From positions 1,665,660 through 1,729,659 of the forward strand of contig CAVTPA010000001.1 of assembly GCA_963736545.1 (NCBI GenBank): DNA of 64,000 bases. The letters are read 5' to 3'. Each line of letters opens with the position of its first letter. The first letter of the stretch is position 1. The translations under genes were made by a program, and so were the position numbers. Below the pieces are notes generated by a model that did not search any database, was not told where the DNA came from, and saw nothing but the letters and a program-made list of their open reading frames with translations. This DNA is from an uncultured Chloroflexia bacterium (GTDB lineage: Bacteria > Chloroflexota > Limnocylindria > Limnocylindrales > CSP1-4). This document shows positions 20,253 to 31,754 of the stretch, piece after piece.

Positions 20253-20826
20253 CGGACCATCTCCGCCCGGCTCGCGGCGCGGTGCCGGGCCTGAACGCCC
20301 CCGGTCGGAGGGCCTTCGGGCGTCCCAGCCGGGAACGCCATGACGATGCACCCTGCGACGCCTCATGCGGTAGCAGCCCGGCGACCTCCCGGGCAGCGAT
20401 TGCGCGCCCGGTCGGACGTCGCATCGCGGGCCATCGCGGTGTACGCGACCCGACAGGGGGCGGACCGCGTGAAGGTTGTCGGCCGCCACCCGGGTGGACG
20501 GCGGCATGACGCCAGCCTACGGGTCATGAACCGAGCGCACGTCCCGAAGAAGCCGTGCAGCGCCGCCGAGTCGCCACGCGCGCTGCGGGCATGGACGAGG
20601 ATCCCGTCCGCGTCGTGGCTCCGGTCGAGGAGCGCATCGCCGGTCGCCTGGTCGACGCGACAGCGCACGGGGTCGACGTTGCCGGCGATGACCGCCGGAT
20701 GCGTTCGTCACGATCCTGCGCTGCGGCGGGTCGCGCCCGGGTGGCACGTTGACGGCCGCCGCCCCGGTGGGGGCGGCGGCCGGAGGAGCGAGGAGTCGAG
20801 TGGAGGGCCGACGGGCGGCCGGCGGC

Positions 20827-21060
20827 TCAAGCTCGGTCGGCGGCCGCGTCAAGGCCGGTGCGCGGGCGAACGCTGAACCCATGGATGCGGGCGAGAACGG
20901 TGCCGCCCGACGCACGGACGGTCCGCAGGCGGTCGGTCAGCCAGAAGGTCCGCTCGACGTCGCTGGCGGCGGCCTCCGCGGCGAGGCGCCGGGCGCGGGC
21001 GTCGGCCTGGCGGTCGGCGATCCGGCCGGGAGCCTGGAGATGCGTCGTGTGGTCGATCAT
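20827..21060 (-). CDS. small ORF C (77 aa), paralogous sORF family
   Basis: AGGAGAGACTCTG-ATG, nearly identical to the sORF A ribosome-binding region. N-terminus MIDHTTHLQAPGRIADRQADARARRLAAEA. Confidence 0.35.
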   Translation of the reverse strand: MIDHTTHLQAPGRIADRQADARARRLAAEAAASDVERTFWLTDRLRTVRASGGTVLARIHGFSVRPRTGLDAAADRA

Positions 21061-21269
21061 CAGAGTCTCTCCTGTCGTCCCGGGCCCTCCATCGATCCCT
21101 TCCCGGAGACAGGCAGATCTTCGCCGCGCCCCAGCGACCGGCGGTAGCGGCGGCGCGACCCGCGGCGTGCCGTGCTCGCGTCGCCGGCCGCGTCGCGGCC
21201 CGGTCCGCCGGGACGTCGGCGACACGACAGGTCACCTCGGCGGGCGGCGCGGACGTTCGCGCAAGACGG

Positions 21270-21360
21270 GCTGTCGTTACGTGCACGTCCACGCACGACG
21301 TGCGGGCGAACCCCGCGGTTCGGCCGGGAAGTCGTGCGGCGACCGCCGTGTAACGACAGC
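21270..21360 (-). terminator. 91-nt nested hairpin (three coaxial stems) 49 nt downstream of the M24 peptidase stop
   Basis: GCTGTCGTTAC (21270-80) pairs with GTAACGACAGC (21350-60). GCACGAC (21293-99) pairs with GTCGTGC (21331-37). CGAACC (21307-12) pairs with GGTTCG (21317-22). No U-tract. Confidence 0.4.
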
Positions 21361-21408
21361 GGGGCTTGCGGCGCCCTCGGCGCCTGCGGAGCCGCCGAAG
21401 GCGGCCGT

Positions 21409-22578
21409 CTACCCGGTGACGACGTACAGGTCGCGGGGCGCCTCGTTGAGCACGATCGGGCCGTCCTCGCCGCAGACCACGATGTCCTCGATGCGCGCGC
21501 CGTAGCGGCCCTCGAGGTAGATGCCCGGCTCCACGCTGAAGGCCATCCCCGGCCGCAGCTCCTCGGCGTTGCCCGCGACCAGGTACGGATCCTCGTGGCC
21601 TTCGAGGCCGATGCCGTGCCCGGTCCGGTGGATGAAGTGGGGTCCGTGGCCGGCGGCCGAGATCAGCTCCCGCGCCACGAGGTCGATCCGCTCGGCCGCC
21701 ACCCCCGGGTGGACGGCGTGCGTCGCCTCGGCCTGGGCGGCGCGGAGGACGGCATAGAGGCGCAGGAACTCGTCGTCCGGGCCGCACGCCGGGTCGCCGC
21801 CGGTCACCCACAACGTGCGGGTGATGTCGCTGCCGTAGCCGCCGAGCGGCCCGCCGATGTCGAGCACGATCGGCTCGCCGGCCCGGATGACCCGCTCCGA
21901 GGCCTCGTGATGGGGCGAGGCGGAGTTCGGGCCCGAGCCGACGATCGCGAACTCGGCGCTGTCGTGGCCCTCGGCGAGGAGGCGGTCGCGGACCTCGCGA
22001 GCGACGTCCGTCTCGGTCCGCCCGACGAGCCGGCCGTAGGCGATCTCATGGACGACGCGGTCGGCGGCCTGGGCGGCGAGCCGGAGGAGCGCGATCTCGT
22101 CCGCGTCCTTCACGATCCGGAGCTCCCCCAGCGTGAGCGAGGCGGGCTCGAACGCCGCGCCGGGGAGCGCGGCCTGGAGCCGCAGGAGGTGCAGCGCCCA
22201 GAGCCGATCGGAGACGCCGAGGCGAGCCGGCGTCGCGGGGAGGAGGCCGCGGACGCAGGCCACCGCATCCTCCGTCTCCTCCCACGTCGCGACCGTCGCG
22301 GCGCCCGCGACGACGGCCGGGCAGCCGCGGGCCGGAGCCGCTTCGAGCCGCGGAACGAGGAGCGTCGCCGGACCGTCCGCCGGCACGACGAGCATCGTCA
22401 GGCGCTCGAGGGGCAGCGCCGCGTACCCGGCAAGGTAGACGAGGTCCGCACCGACACCGACGAGCAGCGCATCGAGGCCCCGACCGCGGGCGGCGGCCCG
22501 GGCGCGGGCGATCCGCTCGGCGAAGCGGGCGGCGGGGATGGTCGGCCGGCTCGATCCGGCCGAGGCGACGGCGTTCAT
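21409..22578 (-). CDS. M24-family Xaa-Pro aminopeptidase/dipeptidase
   Basis: Pita-bread metal ligand contexts (DIGG..GYGSDITRT, HRTGHGIGLEGHE, VEPGIY, IED). Confidence 0.85.
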   Translation of the reverse strand: MNAVASAGSSRPTIPAARFAERIARARAAARGRGLDALLVGVGADLVYLAGYAALPLERLTMLVVPADGPATLLVPRLEAAPARGCPAVVAGAATVATWEETEDAVACVRGLLPATPARLGVSDRLWALHLLRLQAALPGAAFEPASLTLGELRIVKDADEIALLRLAAQAADRVVHEIAYGRLVGRTETDVAREVRDRLLAEGHDSAEFAIVGSGPNSASPHHEASERVIRAGEPIVLDIGGPLGGYGSDITRTLWVTGGDPACGPDDEFLRLYAVLRAAQAEATHAVHPGVAAERIDLVARELISAAGHGPHFIHRTGHGIGLEGHEDPYLVAGNAEELRPGMAFSVEPGIYLEGRYGARIEDIVVCGEDGPIVLNEAPRDLYVVTG

Positions 22579-23021
22579 GCGGGCGGAGCCTCTCCTGGGC
22601 CGGCCGGGGCGGGAACGGCCCGGGAGCCCGGCGCCGGCACCGGGACCCCCAGCCAGGCCGCCAGCGCGGCGTGGCCGTCCTCGAAGAGCTTGCGGTAGGC
22701 GAAGACGCGCTCGGCGCCGGCGGCGCGGGCCGCGGAGCGAAGGGCCTGGTCGTCGTGCTGGCCGACGCAGAGGACGCGGAGCCCGGCGGCGGAGGCGCGC
22801 GCCGTCGCCTCGATCCCGTCGTAGGCGCGGGCGGTCAGGTCGACCACGGCCCGCGTCGCCTCTCCGGCCGCGAGGGCGTCCTCGAGGGCCGCCGCGGTTC
22901 CGGCCCGGCGCGGCGTCGCGCCGAGGGTTCGCAGCTGCCCGACGAGGCGGGTCGCCCAGATGAGGTCGTCGGCGAGGACGATCACGACCTCGCCGGTGGC
23001 GGGCTTCCCCGCCTCGCTCAC
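22575..23021 (-). CDS. hypothetical receiver (CheY)-like single-domain protein
   Basis: VVIVLADD..., ...AVVDLT..., ...VLCVG..., ...AYRKL pattern fits a REC fold. 4-nt overlaps on both sides. Confidence 0.45.
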   Translation of the reverse strand: MSEAGKPATGEVVIVLADDLIWATRLVGQLRTLGATPRRAGTAAALEDALAAGEATRAVVDLTARAYDGIEATARASAAGLRVLCVGQHDDQALRSAARAAGAERVFAYRKLFEDGHAALAAWLGVPVPAPGSRAVPAPAGPGEAPPA

Positions 23022-24052
23022 CCGACGGTCCAGGTGTCGCTACCGCCGAGGAGATCGGCCAGCTCGCCGGCGCCCTCCCTGGCGATCGCCTCGCTGATCT
23101 GGGCCTCGACGAGCTCGCCGTGGGTGGGTCGCGGGACGTTGCGGATGACGCCGATCGGGACCGGGAACTCCGGCCAGTAGATGCGGGCCAGCATGTTGTG
23201 GATCGTGGGGTCGTCGCTCGTCTCGTCGTGGACGAGGATGTCTGCCTCGCCGATCCCGTTCTCGCCGATCGTCACGATCTCCGGCCGGACGCCGTTGAGC
23301 CGGAGCCCCATGTTCCGGTCCTTGCCGAAGATCATCGGCTTGCCGTGCTCGAGGACGAGCATCCGGTCGTCCCGGACCTCGCGGTCGGTGAACTCGCGGT
23401 GGGCCCCGTCGTTGAAGATGTTGCAGTTCTGGAGGACCTCGACGAACGTCGAGCCCCGGTGCCGGCCCGCCTGCTCGACGACCTTCTGGATGTGGTCGAC
23501 CTGCGTGTCGACCGTCCGGGCCACGAAGCTCGCCTCCGCGGCGAGGGCGATCATGAGGGGATGGATCGGGTAGTCGATCGACCCGATCGGCGTCGACTTC
23601 GTCCGCTGCCCGAGCCCCGACGTCGGCGAGGCCTGGCCCTTCGTCAGCCCGTAGATCCGGTTGTTGAACATGACGACCTTGATGTCGACGTTCTTCCGCA
23701 TCGCGTGCAGGATGTGGTTGCCGCCGATGGAGAGAGCGTCGCCGTCGCCGGTGATGACCCAGACCATGAGGGCCGGGTTGGCGAGCTTGAGGCCGGTGGC
23801 AACGGTGGGCGCCCGCCCGTGGATCGAGTGGAACCCGTACGTGTTCATGTAGTACGGGAAGCGGCCGGAGCAGCCGATCCCGCTGATGAAGACGATGTTC
23901 TCCCTGGGGACCCCGAAGTCGGGCATCACCTTCTGGGTCTGGGCCAGGATCGAGTAGTCGCCGCAGCCGGGGCACCACTTGGGGTCGGCGGCGACGAAGT
24001 CCTTGCGGGTCAGCGCGGCGGGCGCGATGGCGGTCGTCGTCGGTTCGGTCAT
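23018..24052 (-). CDS. korB: 2-oxoacid:ferredoxin oxidoreductase beta subunit
   Basis: WCPGCGDY, GIGCSGR and GDGD TPP-binding motifs. The start at ATG 24052 fits the length. Confidence 0.9.
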   Translation of the reverse strand: MTEPTTTAIAPAALTRKDFVAADPKWCPGCGDYSILAQTQKVMPDFGVPRENIVFISGIGCSGRFPYYMNTYGFHSIHGRAPTVATGLKLANPALMVWVITGDGDALSIGGNHILHAMRKNVDIKVVMFNNRIYGLTKGQASPTSGLGQRTKSTPIGSIDYPIHPLMIALAAEASFVARTVDTQVDHIQKVVEQAGRHRGSTFVEVLQNCNIFNDGAHREFTDREVRDDRMLVLEHGKPMIFGKDRNMGLRLNGVRPEIVTIGENGIGEADILVHDETSDDPTIHNMLARIYWPEFPVPIGVIRNVPRPTHGELVEAQISEAIAREGAGELADLLGGSDTWTVG

Positions 24053-24062
24053 CGGGCCGGCC

Positions 24063-25916
<1,854 letters not shown>

Positions 25917-26146
25917 GGAACCTCGTGGCTCCTCCTGGGTCTCGAGGCCGGCGCACCGGCGGGAACGGTGCAGGCGCTGGCCGGTGCGAACAGCGTACCC
26001 CAGCGGGGGGAGGCCGTCAGGGTCGGGTACGGACGGGTCGACCGCGCGTGGGCCGTGCGGCGGCGTGCACCGAGGGCGTGGCGGCTCGGTGGGCCTCGGC
26101 TCGGCGAGCCGCAGCGGGCCCTCCCGCTCTGCTAGCCTCGCTCTCG

Positions 26147-27109
26147 ATGGACCGACGCCGGCTGCTGGGGTTCGCCCTGGCCGCCGCCTCCGCCTGCGGA
26201 TACGGGTCCGGCCCCCTCTTCGCCAAGAGCGTCTACGGGTCCGGGCTCGACTGGCTCGCCCTGCTCTACTGGCGGTTCCTCATCGGCGGGCTGCTCGTCT
26301 GGGCGTGGGCGCTCCTCTTTCGGGAGAACCGCGAGGCGTTCGCGACCCTGTCCCGGCGGCGCGTCGTCGCGCTGCTCGGCCTCGGGGCCTTCTTCGTGGG
26401 GAACGCGAGCACGTACTACGCCGCCCTCGAGTATGTGTCCGCCTCGCTCGCCGCGCTCATCGTCTACATGTACCCGGCGCTCGTCGCCGTCCTCTCGATC
26501 CGCTGGGGCCACGGGCTCCACGGGCGCAGGCCGTGGCTGGCCCTCGCGATCGTCACGACGGGCGTCGTCCTCACGATCGGGGGCATCGAGACCGCGGCCG
26601 AGCCGATCGGCATCGCCCTCATCGTCGTGTCGCCGATCATCTACTCCTTCTACATCATCCTCGCGGCTCGCCTCGCCGGGGAGCGGCGCGGCGAGACGGC
26701 GGCGTCGCGGACGGGCGGCGCCGGGGCGGAGACGCGGCCGGCCGTGGCCGCCTCGCTCATGCTCACGGGGACGTTCGCCATCGTCGGGACGCTCGCGGTC
26801 GCGGGCGGACGACCGGTCCTCCCGGGCGACGTCCCGCCCGACGCGTGGTTCGGCCTCACCGGGATCGCCGTCTTCTCGACCGCCCTCGCGATCTCCGCGT
26901 TCTACGCCGCGACCGCCCGGATCGGCGCCGCCCAGACGGCGCTCGTCTCCACGGTCGAGCCCGTCTGGACGATCACCCTCGCCGTCCTCCTGTTCGGCGA
27001 GACGCTCTCCCCGGTGCAGCTCGTCGGCGGTGCGCTCGTGCTCGGCGGCGTGATCCTGGCCCAGACGACGCCGGGCGCGACCCTGGACGTCGTCGTCGAA
27101 GAGGCGTGA
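26147..27109 (+). CDS. EamA/DMT-superfamily transporter
   Basis: 10-TM pattern with two EamA halves. ATG 26147; the track ORF start at 25925 is upstream shadow. Confidence 0.8.
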   Translation: MDRRRLLGFALAAASACGYGSGPLFAKSVYGSGLDWLALLYWRFLIGGLLVWAWALLFRENREAFATLSRRRVVALLGLGAFFVGNASTYYAALEYVSASLAALIVYMYPALVAVLSIRWGHGLHGRRPWLALAIVTTGVVLTIGGIETAAEPIGIALIVVSPIIYSFYIILAARLAGERRGETAASRTGGAGAETRPAVAASLMLTGTFAIVGTLAVAGGRPVLPGDVPPDAWFGLTGIAVFSTALAISAFYAATARIGAAQTALVSTVEPVWTITLAVLLFGETLSPVQLVGGALVLGGVILAQTTPGATLDVVVEEA

Positions 27110-27233
27110 GGTTGGGCGGCGCAGGCGGTGGCACCGGAACCGGTGGCGCGGCGGCAGGTGGCACCGGGACCACGATCGGGCGCGGGCGCTCGCGATCGGT
27201 GGCACCGAGGCCGCCCGGCGGTACGATCCGACC

Positions 27234-28070
27234 GTGACGTCGACCGTCGAGACCGTTGCGGCGCGCGACGGCACTCCCCTCCTGACCCGCACCTGGCCCA
27301 CCCACGGGGAGCCGTGGGGCAGCGTCCTCGTCGTCCACGGCCTGGGCGAGCACTCCGGGCGCCACGACGCCACGGGCGGGCGGTTCGCGGCGGCGGGACT
27401 GGTCGCGACCTCGTTCGACCACCGCGGGTTCGGCGCCTCGGGCGGGCGCCGGGCCTACGTCGACGCGTGGGACGAGTACCTCGACGACGTCGAGGACCGG
27501 TTCGCCGCGGGCCGGATCGACGGCCTCCCGACGGCGATCTACGCGCACTCGCTCGGCGGCCTCGTCGCCGCCGACTACCTCCTCTCCGACCGACCGCAGC
27601 CGGGCGTCGTCGTGCTGTCGGCGCCGGCGCTCGGCGGGGGCAGCGCGTTGCTGCGCGCGCTGGCGCGCGTGCTCGACCGCGCCTGGCCGACGTTCGAGTA
27701 CTCCAACCCGTGGGACGCGTCGAAGATCGCCCGCGAGCCCCGGCCGCCGGTCGTGGCCGACCCCGACCCGCTCGCCGTGTCCCGGACGACCGGGCGCCTC
27801 GGTCACCTCCTCTTCCGGGCCATGGACCGCGTGAACGAGCGGCTGGCGGCACGCGGCGGCTTCGGGCCGCCTGCGCTCGTGGTCCACGGCGGCGACGACA
27901 CGCTCGTGCCGACGGCCTCGACGGCCTCCCTCGGGCGGTTCCCCTCGATCGAGCGGCGGGTCTACCCGGGCGTCCGCCACGAGCCGCACCACGACCCGCT
28001 CGACGGGGCACGGGTCGTCGACGACATGACCGCGTGGCTGCGGGGGCGGATGGGCGGGCCGCTCACGTAG
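27234..28070 (+). CDS. alpha/beta hydrolase (lysophospholipase / monoacylglycerol-lipase-like)
   Basis: VVHGLGEHSGRH, nucleophile elbow AHSLGG, and C-terminal VHGGDD / HEP. Confidence 0.8.
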   Translation: MTSTVETVAARDGTPLLTRTWPTHGEPWGSVLVVHGLGEHSGRHDATGGRFAAAGLVATSFDHRGFGASGGRRAYVDAWDEYLDDVEDRFAAGRIDGLPTAIYAHSLGGLVAADYLLSDRPQPGVVVLSAPALGGGSALLRALARVLDRAWPTFEYSNPWDASKIAREPRPPVVADPDPLAVSRTTGRLGHLLFRAMDRVNERLAARGGFGPPALVVHGGDDTLVPTASTASLGRFPSIERRVYPGVRHEPHHDPLDGARVVDDMTAWLRGRMGGPLT

Positions 28071-28133
28071 GTAGTTGCGCGTGCAACTACAACGGTGCTA
28101 CGGTTGCGGAACGCACCGCTCGAAGGACACCCG

Positions 28134-28973
28134 ATGACCGACTCCATCTCGCCGCCACCCGCCCCCGACGCCGCCACGACGGCGCCGACGCCCGCCCCGG
28201 CCCGCCTCCCCGCCCTCTACATCGGCCACGGCGCTCCCACGCTCGTCGACGACCCGGTCTGGCCGGTCGAGCTCGCAGCCTGGGCTCGAGAGCTTCCGCG
28301 CCCGCGCGCGATCCTGATGGTGAGCGCCCACTGGGAGTCGCAGCCGCTGACGGTCGGCGCCACGACCGCCGTCCCGCTCGTCTACGACTTCTACGGCTTC
28401 CCGGAGCGCTACTACCGGACCCGCTACGAGGCGCCCGGCGCGCCAGAGCTGGCCGCGTCGGTGGCGAAGCTCGTCGGCGACCTCGAGCCGGTCGCCCAGG
28501 CCCCGACCCGCGGCCTCGACCACGGCGCCTACGTCCCGCTGACGGTGATGTACCCCGAGGCGGACGTCCCGGTCCTCCAGATGTCGATGCCCGATCTCGA
28601 CCCCGAGCACCTGTTCCAGATCGGGCAGCGCCTGGCGCCGCTCCGCGACGAGGGCGTGCTCGTCGTCGGCAGCGGCTTCCTCACGCACGGGCTCCCGTAC
28701 GTCCGCGAGTACATGGGCGGGCGGCCCGGCGCGCCCGCGTGGTCGATGGACTTCGACGCGTGGGCCACCGAGGCGCTGGGCCGCGGCGACCTCGACGCGC
28801 TGTTCGGCTTCCGCGACGGGGCGCCGGGGATGCCCTACGCCCACCCGACCGTGGAGCACTTCGCCCCGCTCTTCGTCACGCTCGGCGCGGCGACCGTCGC
28901 CGACGAGTCGCCCGACTTCCGCATCGACGGCTACTGGATGGGCCTCGCGAAGCGTTCGTTCGCGGTGCGCTGA
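28134..28973 (+). CDS. class III extradiol dioxygenase (YgiD / 4,5-DOPA-dioxygenase-like)
   Basis: YIGHGAP, VSAHWES, YDFYGFP, LDHGAYVPL, GSGFLTHGL. GAAGGA Shine-Dalgarno upstream of ATG 28134. Confidence 0.8.
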   Translation: MTDSISPPPAPDAATTAPTPAPARLPALYIGHGAPTLVDDPVWPVELAAWARELPRPRAILMVSAHWESQPLTVGATTAVPLVYDFYGFPERYYRTRYEAPGAPELAASVAKLVGDLEPVAQAPTRGLDHGAYVPLTVMYPEADVPVLQMSMPDLDPEHLFQIGQRLAPLRDEGVLVVGSGFLTHGLPYVREYMGGRPGAPAWSMDFDAWATEALGRGDLDALFGFRDGAPGMPYAHPTVEHFAPLFVTLGAATVADESPDFRIDGYWMGLAKRSFAVR

Positions 28974-29314
28974 TCGAGGCACCGCGCAAGCCACCCCCGG
29001 GCTCGCCTTCTCCGTCTCCAGCGACCCGATCCTCGCAGATGCTCGCGGAGCGGTCCTTACGGCACCTGGCCCCGGCCGGATGGCGCTCGGAGCGCGTGAC
29101 ACAGGCCGGCGATCCTGTCACCGATGCTGTTCGACGAGCATCTGATCGAGTCCGCCGTGGTCGCGGGCGCCATCGGCGGTGACGCGGGCGGGAAGACCAC
29201 GCTTACGGTTCGTCTGGAGCGCATCTGCGAGGATCGCCCGTCGGAACGGTGCGCGTGGCCGCGGGGCGCCAGGGTAGGCGCGGAACGCCGGGGTCGCCAG
29301 GCCCGTACGCGCCC

Positions 29315-30286
29315 TCAGCCCTTCGGGCCGCCCGTTCCCTCCTTCACGAGCGAGCGGAGCATGAATGTCACGTTGGCCGGCTTCTCGGCGAGGCGGCGCA
29401 TGAAGTACGGGTACCACTGCGTGCCGTACGGGACGTAGACGCGGACGCGGAACCCCTTCTCGAGGAGCTGCGCCTGGAGATCGCGGCGGATCCCGTGGAG
29501 CATCTGGAACTCATAGCGGTCGCGGGCGATCCCCTCCGCCTCCGCCCAGCGGATGAGCCGGCCGATGAGCCGGCCGTCGTGGGTCGCGAGCGCCGGATAG
29601 TTCCCGTCGGCCATGAGCCGCCGCGCCTGCAGCTCGTAGGCGGCGTCGATCTCCTCGCGGTCGCGCAGCGCCACCGACGCCGGCTCGTTGTAGGCCCCCT
29701 TGCAGAGGCGGACGCGGGCCTTCTCGACGATGAGCGTCTCGACATCGCCCGACGAACGTCGCAGGGCCGACTGGATGACGACCCCGCTGTTCGGGTTGAT
29801 CGGCCGCAGCTCGCGCCAGAGGTCGAGCGTGGCGTCCGTCTTCGTGTGGTCCTCCATGTCGATCCGGACGAAGGCGCCGTGCTCGGCCGCCTTGCGGAAG
29901 ACGGTGGCGACCGTGTCCCGGCAGAGGTCGCGATCGATGTCGAGGCCCATCTGGGTCAGCTTCAGGCTGACGTTCCGCTCCAGGCCGTGCGCGGCCAGCG
30001 CGTCGAGCGTCTCTTCGTAGCGGCCGGCCGCGGTTCCGCAGGCATCGGCGGAATCGACCGACTCGCCGAGGACGTCGACGGTCGTCAGGTAGCCGGCATC
30101 GCGGAGCCCCTCGAGCGCGGGCAGGACCTCCTCGAGCGACTCGCCGGCGATGAACCGGCGGACCATCGGCCGGGTGATCGGCACGCGGGTGGAGAGCCGG
30201 CCGAGCGCCTTGCGGTGCGAGAGCCAGATGAAGGTGGTCCGCAGGCTTCGCTCGGGGATCGAGCCGTTGGCGGCGTGGGTGGTCAT
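29315..30286 (-). CDS. proline dehydrogenase
   Basis: TIM-barrel PRODH motifs (VDVLGESV, VSLKLTQMG, VRIDMED, VRLCKGAY, QMLHG). GGAGGA Shine-Dalgarno upstream of ATG 30286. Confidence 0.85.
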   Translation of the reverse strand: MTTHAANGSIPERSLRTTFIWLSHRKALGRLSTRVPITRPMVRRFIAGESLEEVLPALEGLRDAGYLTTVDVLGESVDSADACGTAAGRYEETLDALAAHGLERNVSLKLTQMGLDIDRDLCRDTVATVFRKAAEHGAFVRIDMEDHTKTDATLDLWRELRPINPNSGVVIQSALRRSSGDVETLIVEKARVRLCKGAYNEPASVALRDREEIDAAYELQARRLMADGNYPALATHDGRLIGRLIRWAEAEGIARDRYEFQMLHGIRRDLQAQLLEKGFRVRVYVPYGTQWYPYFMRRLAEKPANVTFMLRSLVKEGTGGPKG

Positions 30287-31119
30287 CGATCCTCCGGTGA
30301 AGGAAGCGGTTCGGCCGAGGGGGCGTCGACCGGCTGGGTCGCGGACGCGGGAACGGGGGCGGGACCGGCGCTGCCGGGCTCGGGAGCAGCCGAGCGCTCG
30401 GGCAGGCGATACGACTCGCGCAGCACCGCGAGGAAGCGCTCCTCGTCGGGCCGGCGCAGGAAGGACCAGACGAGGTACGCGGCGATGACGGCAGTCCAGG
30501 CGATCGCGGCCGGGACGACGAGACCGACGAGGCCGCCGGCGAAGAGGCCGCCGCCCACGCTCTCGAGGTACGCGCTCGTGGAGACGAGGCCGGCCAGCCA
30601 CAGCAGCGCGGCGCCCACCGAGTAGCCGATCGTCATCGCGCCCATGAAGCCCAGCGGGTTGCCGAACGAGAGGGCGGCGATCTTCGGCGCGTCGGGCGGA
30701 TAGAAGTAGGCCGCCTCGAGGCGGTGGGCGACGAGGACGTCGCGGCCCAGGCGCTCGTTGATCGCCTGTTCGAGGCGCTCGGCGTGGCGCCGGGCGAAGA
30801 CCGTGTACCAGAAGAGGTAGCCGGTCTCGAGGAAGGCGAAGGGGACGATGAAGGGCACCGGGACGACGGCGGCCGGGAGCGCGCCGCTCCAGCCGAGGAC
30901 GAGGAGGCCGATCGACAGGAACGTCCAGTTGCGGATCGTGGAGAAGAAGAGGCTCGAGTACCCGAAGAGCATCCCCCGCATCCGCTCCAGCTGGGCCTCG
31001 AGGAGGCGCAGCTCGGCGGCGGCCGCCGCCTCGCGGGTGAGGCCGACGGGGGCGACGTCGCGCGGGGTGGCCGGCGGCTGCCCGGCCTCGCCGGGCCCGA
31101 TCGACATCGAGAAGCGCAT
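30283..31119 (-). CDS. hypothetical membrane protein translationally coupled to proline dehydrogenase
   Basis: About 6 TM helices. ATGA overlap at 30283-30286. Confidence 0.55.
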   Translation of the reverse strand: MRFSMSIGPGEAGQPPATPRDVAPVGLTREAAAAAELRLLEAQLERMRGMLFGYSSLFFSTIRNWTFLSIGLLVLGWSGALPAAVVPVPFIVPFAFLETGYLFWYTVFARRHAERLEQAINERLGRDVLVAHRLEAAYFYPPDAPKIAALSFGNPLGFMGAMTIGYSVGAALLWLAGLVSTSAYLESVGGGLFAGGLVGLVVPAAIAWTAVIAAYLVWSFLRRPDEERFLAVLRESYRLPERSAAPEPGSAGPAPVPASATQPVDAPSAEPLPSPEDR

Positions 31120-31280
31120 GCGAACCTCCGCGACCTCCTGGGGTCCCGTGCCGATGGTAGCGAAGCGCGCTCCCGGCGGGAGGCCGGTTGGGCCTGCCGC
31201 GGCGGCCCGGTGGTCACCCGAACGGCCCGGGGATCCGTGCGGTGGCCGGGCGCCGGGGCCTCCGGCGCGGAGGCGGTCCT

Positions 31281-31733
31281 TCAGGTCGCGGGCCGGTCCG
31301 TCACGCGCATGGCGAGCACCACGATCACGAGCGCCGCGACGAGGAGGACGAGCGGCGCCGCCAGCGCGAGCCCGGCGCCGAGCCAGGCGAGCCCGACGAG
31401 GGCCGGCGCGCCGAGCCTCCCACGGCCGGGCAGCGGGACGAGCGTCAGCAGTCCCGCGAGCGCGAGCAGGCCGATCCCGGCGAGCCGAAGCATCGCCGGG
31501 GCCACCTCCGCCCCGGTCCCGAACCCGATCCCCGCGGTCGCCGCGCCGCCCGCGACGACGATGAACGCCCCCAGCGCGACCTCGACGGCGCCGGTGACGG
31601 GGCGCGGTGACGGCGCCGACGTGGCCTCGGGGACCGGCACCGCCCGCGGCCGCGCGAGACGGACGTAGAGCGCCCCTGCGGCGACGGCGCAGGCGAGCAG
31701 GACCGCGAGACGCGCGGCGAGCTCCAGGGTCAT
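31281..31733 (-). CDS. hypothetical membrane protein (about 4 TM)
   Basis: 150-aa hydrophobic ORF with good codon bias. Confidence 0.45.
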   Translation of the reverse strand: MTLELAARLAVLLACAVAAGALYVRLARPRAVPVPEATSAPSPRPVTGAVEVALGAFIVVAGGAATAGIGFGTGAEVAPAMLRLAGIGLLALAGLLTLVPLPGRGRLGAPALVGLAWLGAGLALAAPLVLLVAALVIVVLAMRVTDRPAT

Positions 31734-31754
31734 GGGCGTGCCGGACCCGCGCGA

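Noticed and set aside
20363-20668. Minus-strand ORF (..AGNVDPVRCRVDQATGDALLDRSHDADGILVHARSARGDSAALHGFFGT..) with good third-position G+C in the gene-poor stretch.
   Set aside because: It has no start with a Shine-Dalgarno, no recognisable family, and it fades into low-complexity sequence. It may be a gene remnant, but I cannot support a call.
29095-29120. GTGACA-N14-TGTCAC inverted repeat that looks superficially like a Crp-type site (TGTGA-N6-TCACA).
   Set aside because: The spacing is wrong for a Crp dimer. It lies between two convergent gene ends and folds as a 9-bp bulged hairpin, so it is more likely a terminator-like structure.
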